DNA of 54,119 bases from a virus (IMGVR_UViG_3300018080_000222:1-54119), one strand, 5' to 3'; positions 10,631-18,938 are shown, counted from the first letter of the stretch. Notes: a model not told the origin generated them from the letters alone. Numbers and translations are program-made.

Positions 10631-11515
10631 TTAACTCACCGTTTTCTTTTCTCTCTTCTTTGGCTTTTTTGCTTTCCCACCTCTGGACTTACCTAGCGGC
10701 TCCCCGGTATCATCATCTAAAAATGGCTTAGTTTTCACAATAAAATCACCATTCTCGTCCACTGGTCTTCCTTGATTGTCGATAAAATTGCCTTTTCCAT
10801 CAACAAATCGTCCGTTCTCATCAATAAGTTGACCATCTTCGTTAATCAACTGTCCCTTATCGTTGACAAGCCTCCCCGAATCATCGGCGAATCTAAACTT
10901 TCTCAACCATTCGTTCTCAACAAGGCTTGCCTCTGACTGCTGATCGTAACCATATAGAATTCCAGCCAAGACGGTTGCACTATCCACAGCAGCCTGTTCT
11001 GCTTGTCTTGCTTCATAGTCTATAACATCAACAAAAAGAGGCTTATTGTCACCTTGTGTCATCACGCATTTTGTCATAAGAAACTTGAACTTCTTATTGT
11101 CAGCAATCGATTCCATTGTTATAGCGTCAAACTGCGACCGCTTTGCATATAGGGCCATCATGATTTTTCTTTTGGTCCTAATGGCTATAGCGATGTTTCT
11201 CCCCTCTGAGACGGTAAGGCCACCCTTCTTCAGTTCATATTCGAGAGATCGTAGCTCCAACTGCAACGTTAGAAAAGTTTTGGCATCTTCTTCTGTCCAG
11301 ATACCCAGGTCACTGAGGTGCTTGTCAAGTTGCTGCTTCGAGAAAAGCTGGTCACCATCTGAGACACTTTTTCTCATTAGTCTAGTCAATTCGATACTAT
11401 AGACCATCTGAGCTTCTTGTAGTATCTTGTGACCCGGAGTTCTAACAACCAACTTGATATCCTGACCATCAACGTCTACTGTATCTACAACCGTAGTCTC
11501 CACAACATTATCCAT
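10631..11515 (-). CDS. Putative tail assembly chaperone with 7-aa D/N-x-x-G repeats
   Basis: Directly upstream of tape measure; start reassigned to MDNVVE (GGAGGAG RBS); DDSGRLVNDKGQLINEDGQLIDENG repeat. Confidence 0.55.
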   Translation of the reverse strand: MDNVVETTVVDTVDVDGQDIKLVVRTPGHKILQEAQMVYSIELTRLMRKSVSDGDQLFSKQQLDKHLSDLGIWTEEDAKTFLTLQLELRSLEYELKKGGLTVSEGRNIAIAIRTKRKIMMALYAKRSQFDAITMESIADNKKFKFLMTKCVMTQGDNKPLFVDVIDYEARQAEQAAVDSATVLAGILYGYDQQSEASLVENEWLRKFRFADDSGRLVNDKGQLINEDGQLIDENGRFVDGKGNFIDNQGRPVDENGDFIVKTKPFLDDDTGEPLGKSRGGKAKKPKKREKKTVS

Positions 11516-11873
11516 CACTTTCTCCTCCAAAACTAATACTATATCCTCGGAAACTGATTTGATGCAAATCAATCTCCATTCCTAAAGCACGCGACTGTGC
11601 GTTCCCTTTATCCAATATGTTCTTGCGAATCTGTTCCCATCTCTTTCTGTTGGCTATTTGTTCCGGACTCAATACATCTTCTGGCAAATTGTGTCCCCAA
11701 AGTTCCTGACCAAAAGTATTCTCGAATTCAGACAATGCAGCTATAAAACAAGTCCGAAACTTTCTTTGCGATATCCTCTTGAGACGGTTCCTGGAATCTT
11801 GGTCAACCCTCTCTTTGTGAACACTCCGCTGTGATCGATTTAGGGCTGCCAATTCTTCTTCTTTACTTGACAT
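11508..11873 (-). CDS. Hypothetical phage protein (tail morphogenesis region)
   Basis: 121-aa ORF with RBS, coupled to neighbours. Confidence 0.6.
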   Translation of the reverse strand: MSSKEEELAALNRSQRSVHKERVDQDSRNRLKRISQRKFRTCFIAALSEFENTFGQELWGHNLPEDVLSPEQIANRKRWEQIRKNILDKGNAQSRALGMEIDLHQISFRGYSISFGGESDG

Positions 11874-11883
11874 CGGAATCTCC

Positions 11884-12969
11884 CTATCTACGACGACTGA
11901 TGTCCTTAACCGTTTTTCGCTGCATAGCTGCCAGTTGCTCTCTCATTTCCTGCTGGCTATCTGGCATATCCTGTTCTCGCACCGAACCACATCTTTCCAA
12001 TACCTTTTGTCTAGCTCGTATTTTGGCCCTAGCTCCAGGATCATTCATGTCATACACCCGCTTAGCACCATCTCTATCGGCCATGATGAACTGCTCATTA
12101 CGACCAGGCTTTGTCGGTCCATTAGCCATATTGGCCTTAGACGTTTTGTCGGTCTTTTTGCTTTGCCGCATAAACCAGGAATCTAACAAATCATCATCAT
12201 CTATTACATCTTGTGAAGGTCTTTCATACGCACCATAAACCGAATCATATACGGTAGACCAATAAACCAAATCTCTCTGATTCGGGGACCATAAAGAGAT
12301 ATTGTTGCCGAACAAATCCCCCGTATTTTTGGCGATCTCCCAGTACACCCTCCATGGCTGAGACCTTGCAACCCTACGTATAATCTTAGAAGACATCTTC
12401 GATTTTCTGAAAAAGATATCACATAATTGGGTTATTAGCCCGATGTCGTCACATTGTTCGAAATCATCTATCGTTTCCCAAAATGGCTTACCATCTTCTG
12501 CCTCAGCAATGCGACTAATCAGATATCGCTGCTGACTAATAAGAGCATGGGCCTCTGCACTATTTTGGGTTAACTCCTGTCTATTCGATAATCTTTCTAC
12601 CAACGCAGCTTCAGCACGACGCAATAGAGACCGTGTTTTCTCCAACTTGGTCATATCGAACAAGAAATCAAGCAGCCCCAGCCTTATCTTATATATGTCG
12701 TCTTGCAAACCTGATATCTCGGCTTCCTGCTTATCACTCCATTGTCCCAAGTCAATTAGCTGTTGTATTATGTCAGCCTCACACGACAATCCAAGTATCA
12801 GTGCTTTCTGACATTCTGTATTATATACAATGGTTGACCTAGCCTGTTCCATCTGGGTGGGAGGACGTAAAAGGAGTGAAAGTTCGGTGCCACTCTTGGT
12901 AGTTACAAATGCCGGGGTATTACTCCAGCTAATAGTAGCGATTAATCGTTCTATTTCACCGTTATCCAT
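11884..12969 (-). CDS. Putative tail assembly chaperone-like protein
   Basis: 361 aa helical; C-terminal YERPSQDVIDDDDLLDSW; follows a TGGTGTATAA promoter. Confidence 0.5.
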   Translation of the reverse strand: MDNGEIERLIATISWSNTPAFVTTKSGTELSLLLRPPTQMEQARSTIVYNTECQKALILGLSCEADIIQQLIDLGQWSDKQEAEISGLQDDIYKIRLGLLDFLFDMTKLEKTRSLLRRAEAALVERLSNRQELTQNSAEAHALISQQRYLISRIAEAEDGKPFWETIDDFEQCDDIGLITQLCDIFFRKSKMSSKIIRRVARSQPWRVYWEIAKNTGDLFGNNISLWSPNQRDLVYWSTVYDSVYGAYERPSQDVIDDDDLLDSWFMRQSKKTDKTSKANMANGPTKPGRNEQFIMADRDGAKRVYDMNDPGARAKIRARQKVLERCGSVREQDMPDSQQEMREQLAAMQRKTVKDISRRR

Positions 12970-13029
12970 GTTTTTCCCAGTCCCAAATCAACAAGGCACT
13001 GTCTGTCCCTACCACTTCTGTCCACAGGT

Positions 13030-13039
13030 TTATACACCA
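13030..13039 (-). promoter_or_regulatory. Class L (late-type) promoter TGGTGTATAA
   Basis: Exact copy of recurrent motif, ~60 nt upstream of start 12969, just after a terminator. Confidence 0.7.
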
Positions 13040-13074
13040 TTGTTATTCTAGGAAATAGGGGCCAACTAACCAAT

Positions 13075-13106
13075 AAAAAAAGGCCGACAGCTTTCGCCAT
13101 CGGCCC
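13075..13106 (-). terminator. Rho-independent terminator
   Basis: GGCCGATGGC-GAAA-GCTGTCGGCC followed by T7. Confidence 0.85.
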
Positions 13107-13127
13107 AATGGGTATCAATTTAGCCTA

Positions 13128-13676
13128 TTAGAATCGGCCCTGATCTGTTACCTCGGTTGGGATACAAGTGACAATTGCCAACAGTTCCACGGGAGTTGAT
13201 CCTGCGACCCCGATAGCGTCCTTAGCCTGAGCAGATAGGGTAGCCCTCAAGGAACCTCCCTTTGGAACGGCCACGTAAGTCTGGTCTAGGCTTAAATTGA
13301 AAAGACCACTGGCATTGGAAGGTGCACGAAGTAGCAGCTTGTCGGTACTGGATACCGATCCAGAAGCATCCTGCGTCACCACTGTATTCCACGAAGCACT
13401 AGATGGTTGTGTCGGAGACGTATCTTTCGTAGTTGAGCTTTGTAAAGCTACAGTGAGATTTGATCCACTGCCACTGAAACCAGCACCGGATACAGAAACA
13501 CATTGCACTTCAAAATCAAGTACCTTGATCGGAAATGGACAATTCTTGTTGTAATAGTTCTCAGTATCAGTTGTTGCTGACCCAGAGACAGCCGTTACCG
13601 ATAGCGTTTTATACATCTTGATCGGCTTTGGCGACGGATTCCGATTTGCTCCCCAAGTGTCTGTTACGAGTGTCAT
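13128..13676 (-). CDS. Putative virion structural/decoration protein (Ser/Thr/Gly-rich)
   Basis: Start reassigned to MTLVTDTW (GGAGG RBS); own late promoter and terminator; beta-sandwich-like composition. Confidence 0.55.
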   Translation of the reverse strand: MTLVTDTWGANRNPSPKPIKMYKTLSVTAVSGSATTDTENYYNKNCPFPIKVLDFEVQCVSVSGAGFSGSGSNLTVALQSSTTKDTSPTQPSSASWNTVVTQDASGSVSSTDKLLLRAPSNASGLFNLSLDQTYVAVPKGGSLRATLSAQAKDAIGVAGSTPVELLAIVTCIPTEVTDQGRF

Positions 13677-13755
13677 AGCACTACCTCCATCAAAAGATAA
13701 GGCCAAAGGGATTCCGGCCACGCAACCGAAGGCCCAGTGGATTCACCTGTTCTGG

Positions 13756-13765
13756 TTATACACCA
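13756..13765 (-). promoter_or_regulatory. Class L promoter TGGTGTATAA
   Basis: Exact intergenic motif copy. Confidence 0.7.
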
Positions 13766-13857
13766 AATGGAGGTTTAAATGGAGTGTTTTATTGTCCATG
13801 GTGACATTTAATTCGCCACAGTTCAGTTGGAGGTGAACCATGTCTAATCATGGGATA

Positions 13858-14046
13858 CTAACTCCTATGTGTCGGCCATCTATCCGGATCAATCCGCCTA
13901 AGCTGTCGGACGGCCATAATCCGCTGGCATTCGTGAATGCTGCGACGAAAATCATCTATATCATCTGGATGTGTCGGCGTGAGTTTCACGAAATGATTCC
14001 AGGCAGATATGAGATTGTCGGAAATTTCTTGTTCTATCTTACACAT
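13858..14046 (-). CDS. Small hypothetical protein
   Basis: 62 aa with GGAG RBS, immediately after tRNA-Gly. Confidence 0.55.
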   Translation of the reverse strand: MCKIEQEISDNLISAWNHFVKLTPTHPDDIDDFRRSIHECQRIMAVRQLRRIDPDRWPTHRS

Positions 14047-14059
14047 TAAACATCTCCGA

Positions 14060-14132
14060 AGTCGCCATTCGGATTTGCACCGAGACCCCCTGGTTGGAAA
14101 CCAGGAATGCTGCTGTTAAACACCACGGCGAC
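14060..14132 (-). tRNA. tRNA-Gly(TCC)
   Basis: GTCGCCG/TGGCGAC acceptor, U73, anticodon arm CCTGG-TTTCCAA-CCAGG, atypical T-loop TGCAAAT; no encoded CCA. Confidence 0.85.
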
Positions 14133-14135
14133 GAA

Positions 14136-14207
14136 TACCAGCGACAGGAGTCGAACCTGCATTACCTGGTCCACAGCCAAGCGTTCTACCGTTAAACTAC
14201 GCCAACC
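14136..14207 (-). tRNA. tRNA-His(GTG), degenerate acceptor stem
   Basis: Anticodon arm CTTGG-CTGTGGA-CCAGG; T arm GCAGG-TTCGACT-CCTGT; acceptor GTTGGCG/CGCTGGT has four G-U pairs and A73. Confidence 0.7.
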
Positions 14208-14238
14208 ACTACAACCGACTTTCGAGACCAATCCCAGT

Positions 14239-14421
14239 TTACTGTCTCCCAAAGACAGATGGTGAGTCCCCACATCTGATACATCGTTTCATAAAATGTG
14301 TATTGTTACCCCAACGGTCATGTTCAACCAGAGTATGGGGCTCAGCATAACTGTGACCCAAGACCCAACACACCGCACGACGCAACCAGTACCTTAAATT
14401 CCTTGGCGGTATTCTTTTCAT
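14239..14421 (-). CDS. Small zinc-binding phage protein (DUF1660-like)
   Basis: CWVLGH...CIRCG pattern; ATGA overlap with upstream gene. Confidence 0.5.
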   Translation of the reverse strand: MKRIPPRNLRYWLRRAVCWVLGHSYAEPHTLVEHDRWGNNTHFMKRCIRCGDSPSVFGRQ

Positions 14422-15014
14422 TTCTTATCTCCTGTCTGATTAATTTCCATAATCTTTTTTAATTCATCTCTCGGGGTTAGACTGGATGACCTATAAACCC
14501 ATCCGTCATTAGTCAGCAATAGGTGTCTAATCGCATGGTGATTGTGGCACAGAATCTCTAGGTTGGCTATGTTATTGTTGTTTTTATCCCCATCTATATG
14601 GTGAACCACCAACATATATCTATGTTTAACACCACAATCCGAACATTGGTTAGGGAGCATCCGATACGCAATATCTCGATAATTAGATGGACTTACCGGG
14701 TTATAGTGTCGTGGATGTATGTCAGAACAACTACCCAAAAAGCTTTGTGCATAATCTTTACACCGTCTGCTACAAAAGGTTTTGCCGTGCTTAGAGTTTT
14801 TAAGCTTATTGGGGGTGCGGCTAAATGGTTTTCCACAATTATCGCAGACAACAACAATCCTGTTTCTGCGACCGATATTAGAACAATTGTGTGAGCAATA
14901 TTTTGGCTGCGGTCTTGTATCAGAGACCAATCTCTCCACAAATTCTAAGCCACAGGTTTGACACACATATATCTTCCCACGACGTTTGTGTCCATATTTG
15001 TCTGTAAAGGTCAT
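14418..15014 (-). CDS. HNH endonuclease with Cys-rich zinc-finger repeats
   Basis: Start reassigned to MTFTD (track start lies inside tRNA-Ala); CQTCG..YCSHNC, CDNCG..FCSRRC, VHHIDGDKNNNNIANLEILCHNHH. Confidence 0.85.
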   Translation of the reverse strand: MTFTDKYGHKRRGKIYVCQTCGLEFVERLVSDTRPQPKYCSHNCSNIGRRNRIVVVCDNCGKPFSRTPNKLKNSKHGKTFCSRRCKDYAQSFLGSCSDIHPRHYNPVSPSNYRDIAYRMLPNQCSDCGVKHRYMLVVHHIDGDKNNNNIANLEILCHNHHAIRHLLLTNDGWVYRSSSLTPRDELKKIMEINQTGDKK

Positions 15015-15028
15015 ACAGTTACCTCCAC

Positions 15029-15100
15029 TGGAAGCATTCGGATTCGAACCGAAATCTCCTGCGTGCAAAGCAGGCGTGTTCCCATTATCACTATGCCCCC
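15029..15100 (-). tRNA. tRNA-Ala(TGC)
   Basis: GGGGGCA/TGCTTCC-A acceptor with G3-U70; CCTGC-TTTGCAC-GCAGG; GGTTCGAATCC. Confidence 0.9.
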
Positions 15101-15567
15101 TAATCTAACTGAATCTTTCTTTTCAGGTCATAACCAATCGCCTTCTTCTCCGGTTCGTGCTCCGGAGGTGGAGACTCGTGATCGTCTGGCGGGTCATCTG
15201 TAGAGGTATAAGAATTAGTATTAGCAGCACCAGTTAGCTCTGGACTGGGCAAATATTCAAATGAATCACCCGGCTGTGACATCATGAATTTGACGGCACT
15301 CCCATGCATTTTGTATATCTTGCCAGGAGGCACATAGTCACTAGCGATAATTTTAATACCACATATCATCATCGTTGTTCGCGAATGTTCGACCACAGCA
15401 CTGCCAGGCCAGTCGTTACGCTGCCTCAATTGAAAAGTTATGTGCTCAAAATCACCGCCCCATACCAAAAGCGTATCTACGGGATTGATATTGCCGTCCT
15501 GGTGGTGTACTTCAGCAATTATTTTCATAACATCATCAAGACTGACGACATGTTTATCTTTGTCCAT
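15100..15567 (-). CDS. Hypothetical protein
   Basis: 155 aa; TAG stop overlaps the first base of tRNA-Ala. Confidence 0.55.
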   Translation of the reverse strand: MDKDKHVVSLDDVMKIIAEVHHQDGNINPVDTLLVWGGDFEHITFQLRQRNDWPGSAVVEHSRTTMMICGIKIIASDYVPPGKIYKMHGSAVKFMMSQPGDSFEYLPSPELTGAANTNSYTSTDDPPDDHESPPPEHEPEKKAIGYDLKRKIQLD

Positions 15568-15577
15568 ACTTCAATCC

Positions 15578-15895
15578 TTATCGAGACAGTCGTTTTAGCA
15601 TCTCTTGATACTCCTTACGGAGTTTTTCCAGTACCGCCTTCACTTCTTTGCGCCCATGTTCCAATCCTTCGTTATACCAGATTTTATTAGTCGCAGAAGT
15701 TTTTCCACCACACCTAGAACACCGGTAATCACGAATTAATTGTTTCCCTTCTACCGGTATCGGTTGGAAATCGTGAGGTCCCCTGCAACTCCTCAGCTTA
15801 GCCTGATTGGCCTTAACATCCCTCCATATCTGATCTACAGTTTCAGGTTCCACGTCAGCAAACTCCAATATCTCTTCGATATCATTTAGGTTCAC
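15578..15895 (-). CDS. Hypothetical protein with CxxPH..CxxC motif
   Basis: 105 aa, overlaps upstream stop. Confidence 0.55.
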   Translation of the reverse strand: MNLNDIEEILEFADVEPETVDQIWRDVKANQAKLRSCRGPHDFQPIPVEGKQLIRDYRCSRCGGKTSATNKIWYNEGLEHGRKEVKAVLEKLRKEYQEMLKRLSR

Positions 15896-16310
15896 CTTGG
15901 GTTATCTCCGCTTTTCTTATTGGCCAAACATATGGCAACTGGTCCGTTTCGCTCCACCCAAATTGTCCATACCACTCATGGTTCTTGCGCAATAAATTCG
16001 ACCTATGAGAAGCATGGAATTTTTCATTCCCGAACCACGGTGGCATCTCAACTGGTTCTGTTACTTCTGCAATCTGCATCGTATTGTTATATCCACGTCG
16101 AATCCACTCATGGATACACTTATTCATGTACAGCCGCAATGCATTCTCGTATCCCCACCACATTAAAACGGCAGGGTGATTTGCCCACCGACTACCGTGG
16201 ACAAGAGTATTAATAATCTGCATGGCTTCTACTCTTTGCTTACCAAGCCTTTTATAATCAAGACATTGCACACTCTTGCCAAAATTGGCATATGGAAGAA
16301 AAGTTTGCAT
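15882..16310 (-). CDS. Pyrimidine-dimer DNA glycosylase (T4 endonuclease V-like, MSMEG_6728 family)
   Basis: MQTFLPY...LDYKRLGKQRVEA...NHPAVLMW...HASHRSNLLRK...YVWP signature. Confidence 0.85.
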   Translation of the reverse strand: MQTFLPYANFGKSVQCLDYKRLGKQRVEAMQIINTLVHGSRWANHPAVLMWWGYENALRLYMNKCIHEWIRRGYNNTMQIAEVTEPVEMPPWFGNEKFHASHRSNLLRKNHEWYGQFGWSETDQLPYVWPIRKAEITQGEPK

Positions 16311-16324
16311 CTTATTCTCCAAAA

Positions 16325-16397
16325 CTTACCCGATGGGATTCGAACCCATGACCTAACGGTTAACAGCCGTTCGCTCTGGCCCCTGAGCTACGGGCAA
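16325..16397 (-). tRNA. tRNA-Asn(GTT)
   Basis: TTGCCCG/CGGGTAA-G acceptor; AACGG-CTGTTAA-CCGTT; GGTTCGAATCC. Confidence 0.9.
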
Positions 16398-16400
16398 GGT

Positions 16401-16649
16401 CTAGTCGTCATCTGGCCAATTCCTATCAATTTGTTCCTGGGCAAAACTTCCAGGACGCCTCGCGATACCTGCCCCCGGCATGGATGACTCCAGAGCTATA
16501 CAGGCAGCTATGTCACACCTTTTGGAGCACACCGGACCACCGTAGAAGTTCATGGGGAGCCTATCACCTGTGTCAGGATGCAAAACAACTCCACCAGATG
16601 TTTTCTTAAGCAAACGTTCACAATAACGACATCGAACTTCATCATCCAT
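16401..16649 (-). CDS. Small Cys-rich hypothetical protein
   Basis: Start reassigned to MDDEV; CRYC...VCSKRC. Confidence 0.55.
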   Translation of the reverse strand: MDDEVRCRYCERLLKKTSGGVVLHPDTGDRLPMNFYGGPVCSKRCDIAACIALESSMPGAGIARRPGSFAQEQIDRNWPDDD

Positions 16650-17274
16650 CGATAATCTCCACAGTAATCCCTCGCTTCTTCGCTTCCCGGACAATATGCT
16701 TCGTGCCCTTTGATTTCGACATATCATCATGGAAGGCGATAAGCAAATCTGGTTTCGTATTCAACATCCTAATGTTCCTTTTGGGTCCTGCTGCTTTACC
16801 ATATTTCTTCCACGCTGCCGGGAATTCAACCACCTCTAATCCGATATCCAGAGCAACTTCGCGAGCGATCAAGTCAGCCCCTTCGCACCCACCCTCGATC
16901 ACAGTGGTGATATGTGGCAACTCAAGTAATCTCTTACGTATAGTTGGGATATCTTTCCAGTCCCGCGAGCCACATACAATAACCTTCATGTTTCCATCCA
17001 AGTATTCGACGATCACATCTCCGTGACACGCCTTGGGTTTACAAAAACATCCGAGTCTTTTGCCTCTGAGTAATTCGATACGTGCAACAAACTCTGGATC
17101 AACCCGTAGCCGTTGATAAAAGTAATCACGATATAACTCAATTACTCGCTCTCTGCCGCCATCCTTACCTATGGCAAACGGATTTCCAAAGTATCCATCA
17201 TCACCATCCCTCGCCCGGCCAACATAAACATCGCACTTATTGGTCCGTATGTTGACTACCGTGGTTTTCCCCAT
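16642..17274 (-). CDS. DUF4326 domain fused to YspA-like SLOG (DUF2493) domain
   Basis: DVYVGR..FGNPF..GKRLGCFCKPKACHGDV, then VIVCGSRDW..GGCEGAD..AAGPKRNIRML..SKGT. Confidence 0.85.
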   Translation of the reverse strand: MGKTTVVNIRTNKCDVYVGRARDGDDGYFGNPFAIGKDGGRERVIELYRDYFYQRLRVDPEFVARIELLRGKRLGCFCKPKACHGDVIVEYLDGNMKVIVCGSRDWKDIPTIRKRLLELPHITTVIEGGCEGADLIAREVALDIGLEVVEFPAAWKKYGKAAGPKRNIRMLNTKPDLLIAFHDDMSKSKGTKHIVREAKKRGITVEIIDG

Positions 17275-17470
17275 CTATTTCTCTCTTGGCCAAGACTAAT
17301 ACGTCTATATAACCGATGTTTTCTCGATCCCACTCCTGATGCATCTCAGGACGACCAGCGAGATATCCTGCGACTAAATCATGACACTTCTCGTTACAAC
17401 GAATAGTGTCCGGATCATTCAAGCAGGATAATCCCCATCTTACCCACCCCGACTTCTGAAACAATGGCAT
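17237..17470 (-). CDS. Hypothetical protein, first gene after the attenuator
   Basis: Start reassigned to MPLFQK (track start lies inside the terminator hairpin). Confidence 0.5.
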   Translation of the reverse strand: MPLFQKSGWVRWGLSCLNDPDTIRCNEKCHDLVAGYLAGRPEMHQEWDRENIGYIDVLVLAKREIDGENHGSQHTDQ

Positions 17471-17499
17471 GATCCACCCCCTATGTCCGATATACCAAC

Positions 17500-17524
17500 A
17501 AAAAAACCCGTGATTTCTCACGGG
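17500..17524 (-). terminator. Attenuator terminator
   Basis: CCCGTGA-GAAA-TCACGGG followed by T7; its 5' arm overlaps an alternative 11-bp hairpin. Confidence 0.85.
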
Positions 17525-17549
17525 TAAAGTCCTCGATTCTCATGGGACC

Positions 17550-17618
17550 TTACCCAGGCGCGCACCAACCCCCAGCGGCATTATGATTGGGTACATTTGG
17601 TCTGCATAAGGTTCTCAT
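17550..17618 (-). CDS. Putative attenuator leader peptide MRTLCRPNVPNHNAAGGWCAPG
   Basis: GGAGG-N8-ATG just after promoter; TAA lies within the antiterminator 5' arm. Confidence 0.7.
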   Translation of the reverse strand: MRTLCRPNVPNHNAAGGWCAPG

Positions 17619-17640
17619 ACGTCGTTCCTCCGGATGTTAT

Positions 17641-17668
17641 GTTATACCCCAAAGTGGTCAGTTTGTTC
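17641..17668 (-). promoter_or_regulatory. Class M promoter GAACA-N15-GGTATAAC
   Basis: One of five copies with identical spacing; upstream T-tract. Confidence 0.7.
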
Positions 17669-17678
17669 TAGGAAAAAT

Positions 17679-17713
17679 AAAAAAACCGCTGATTCGCCAG
17701 GCGGGCTCAGCGG
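17679..17713 (-). terminator. Rho-independent terminator
   Basis: CCGCTGA...TCAGCGG followed by T7. Confidence 0.8.
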
Positions 17714-17726
17714 AAGCCTTTGTGGA

Positions 17727-17993
17727 TTACCTGCCACTGGCAGAGAACTTAGCTTCTAGCCTTTTTTCGATTTCGGGCAAAAACTTAAGGCTATTATTCC
17801 ACCGACCGAAATAGAAATACCACTCAAACATTGTTAATTTCTTGCCATTGAAATTTTTCAGATGTTCCATATTCTTTGCAAAGTAATCCAAGGCAAATTT
17901 TGCATTATCCACAAATTCATTGACCGGAATAATATCGTCTGGTGGATCAAATAAGTCTATATCAGAAATATGCGACAAATCTTCCTGTGTCAT
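17727..17993 (-). CDS. Hypothetical protein
   Basis: 88 aa, AAGGAG RBS, TAATG coupling. Confidence 0.6.
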   Translation of the reverse strand: MTQEDLSHISDIDLFDPPDDIIPVNEFVDNAKFALDYFAKNMEHLKNFNGKKLTMFEWYFYFGRWNNSLKFLPEIEKRLEAKFSASGR

Positions 17994-18178
17994 TAATTGG
18001 TCTCCTTATGTTTAAAAAATTCTATTTGTCTAAGGCGATCCTGGGCTTTCTTCTTGGTTGGGTAGCATCCCAGCTTTTTCCCGCTCTTGCTGAATACACA
18101 ATACTGTGTTCCAACCTTCCGAACTACAGCCTGTACGTAATATTCCGGATTAACTACCTCTTTGTTCCAATCGGTCAT
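17993..18178 (-). CDS. Small basic phage protein
   Basis: Start reassigned to MTDWN; VRKVGTQYCVFSKSGKKLGCYPTKKKAQDRLRQIEFFK. Confidence 0.6.
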   Translation of the reverse strand: MTDWNKEVVNPEYYVQAVVRKVGTQYCVFSKSGKKLGCYPTKKKAQDRLRQIEFFKHKETN

Positions 18179-18434
18179 CACTTTCCCCCTTTTGCTCTCG
18201 ACATTCATAATATGCTGCCAAAGTTTTATCCCAGTCATGGGCCTTTTTGCCAGCAGCAATCAATGCTTCGCCCATTTGAATGGCCTGATCGCCGGTTAAA
18301 TCCATCCCATAAAATCCTGGAGTGAACCCCTTTGTTGAGACTCGATGGTCGTGGACATTGATCAAAACGTCCGGTCCATCGCCCCAGGTGCACGCAACTG
18401 CTATTTTTACCCCATAATTTGTCATAATATTCAT
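18150..18434 (-). CDS. Hypothetical protein
   Basis: 94 aa, AGGAG RBS. Confidence 0.55.
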   Translation of the reverse strand: MNIMTNYGVKIAVACTWGDGPDVLINVHDHRVSTKGFTPGFYGMDLTGDQAIQMGEALIAAGKKAHDWDKTLAAYYECREQKGESDDRLEQRGS

Positions 18435-18511
18435 TTAATTGGCTCCTAAGCGTTTCAGGGGTCCAGGACCCCGAGCAAGACGTCAAAGTGGCACACAGGC
18501 CGGGGAACGGA

Positions 18512-18730
18512 TTATTTGACCCCTTCTAGAAGGTCACCCGTGAGAGCAGAAGGGTCATTCCCCAGGTTATCTGCGTTATCCCAGTAAAATTGCCAACATG
18601 TGGAGAACCCGTCAACACATGCAGCGAAATTCCACCCTCCGACGTCACTGACCATCGTCTCCAGTAGCTTGCAGCCATTGCAAAACATGGCCCCAACTGT
18701 TAAAATGATAATACATAGACTTTTACGCAT
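18512..18730 (-). CDS. Putative small lipoprotein
   Basis: MRKSLCIIILTVGAMFCNGC: signal peptide with lipobox-like Cys. Confidence 0.5.
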   Translation of the reverse strand: MRKSLCIIILTVGAMFCNGCKLLETMVSDVGGWNFAACVDGFSTCWQFYWDNADNLGNDPSALTGDLLEGVK

Positions 18731-18938
18731 CTGTCCCACCCCATCCTCTCGTTCGACCTCGTTTACCCACGTTTGGTGGTTTCCGAAGCGGAGGAAAGCG
18801 ACTATAAATCTCTCCGGTAGATAGATTTCCCAGTTCAGACAACCACTGCTTTTCAATTGCTGGTGTCCACGGATTAGGATTGCCAATTAAATCAAGTACG
18901 GCCTGATTCGGTGGACTCTTTTTCTTGCTCTTACCCAT
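18723..18938 (-). CDS. Small basic hypothetical protein
   Basis: MGKSKKK start with GAGGTG RBS, after tRNA-Thr. Confidence 0.5.
   Translation of the reverse strand: MGKSKKKSPPNQAVLDLIGNPNPWTPAIEKQWLSELGNLSTGEIYSRFPPLRKPPNVGKRGRTRGWGGTDA

Noticed and set aside
10631-11873. Programmed frameshift in tail chaperone genes
   Set aside because: No clear XXXYYYZ slippery site; the downstream gene has its own GGAGGAG RBS and ATG
12970-13029. TGGACAG...TGGGAAA shared with the tail-tube leader (27940-27990)
   Set aside because: Only two short matches with different spacing; insufficient support
14046-14273. 75-aa minus-strand ORF, and track start extensions at 15068, 19001, 19797, 17521 and 26759
   Set aside because: They overlap tRNAs, ncRNA, terminator or promoter; downstream starts with RBS are preferred
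18435-18511. GC-rich hairpin GGGGTCC-T-GGACCCC followed by TGAAAC, hammerhead-like
   Set aside because: Lacks the CTGAnGA core and flanking stems; no U-tract for a terminator
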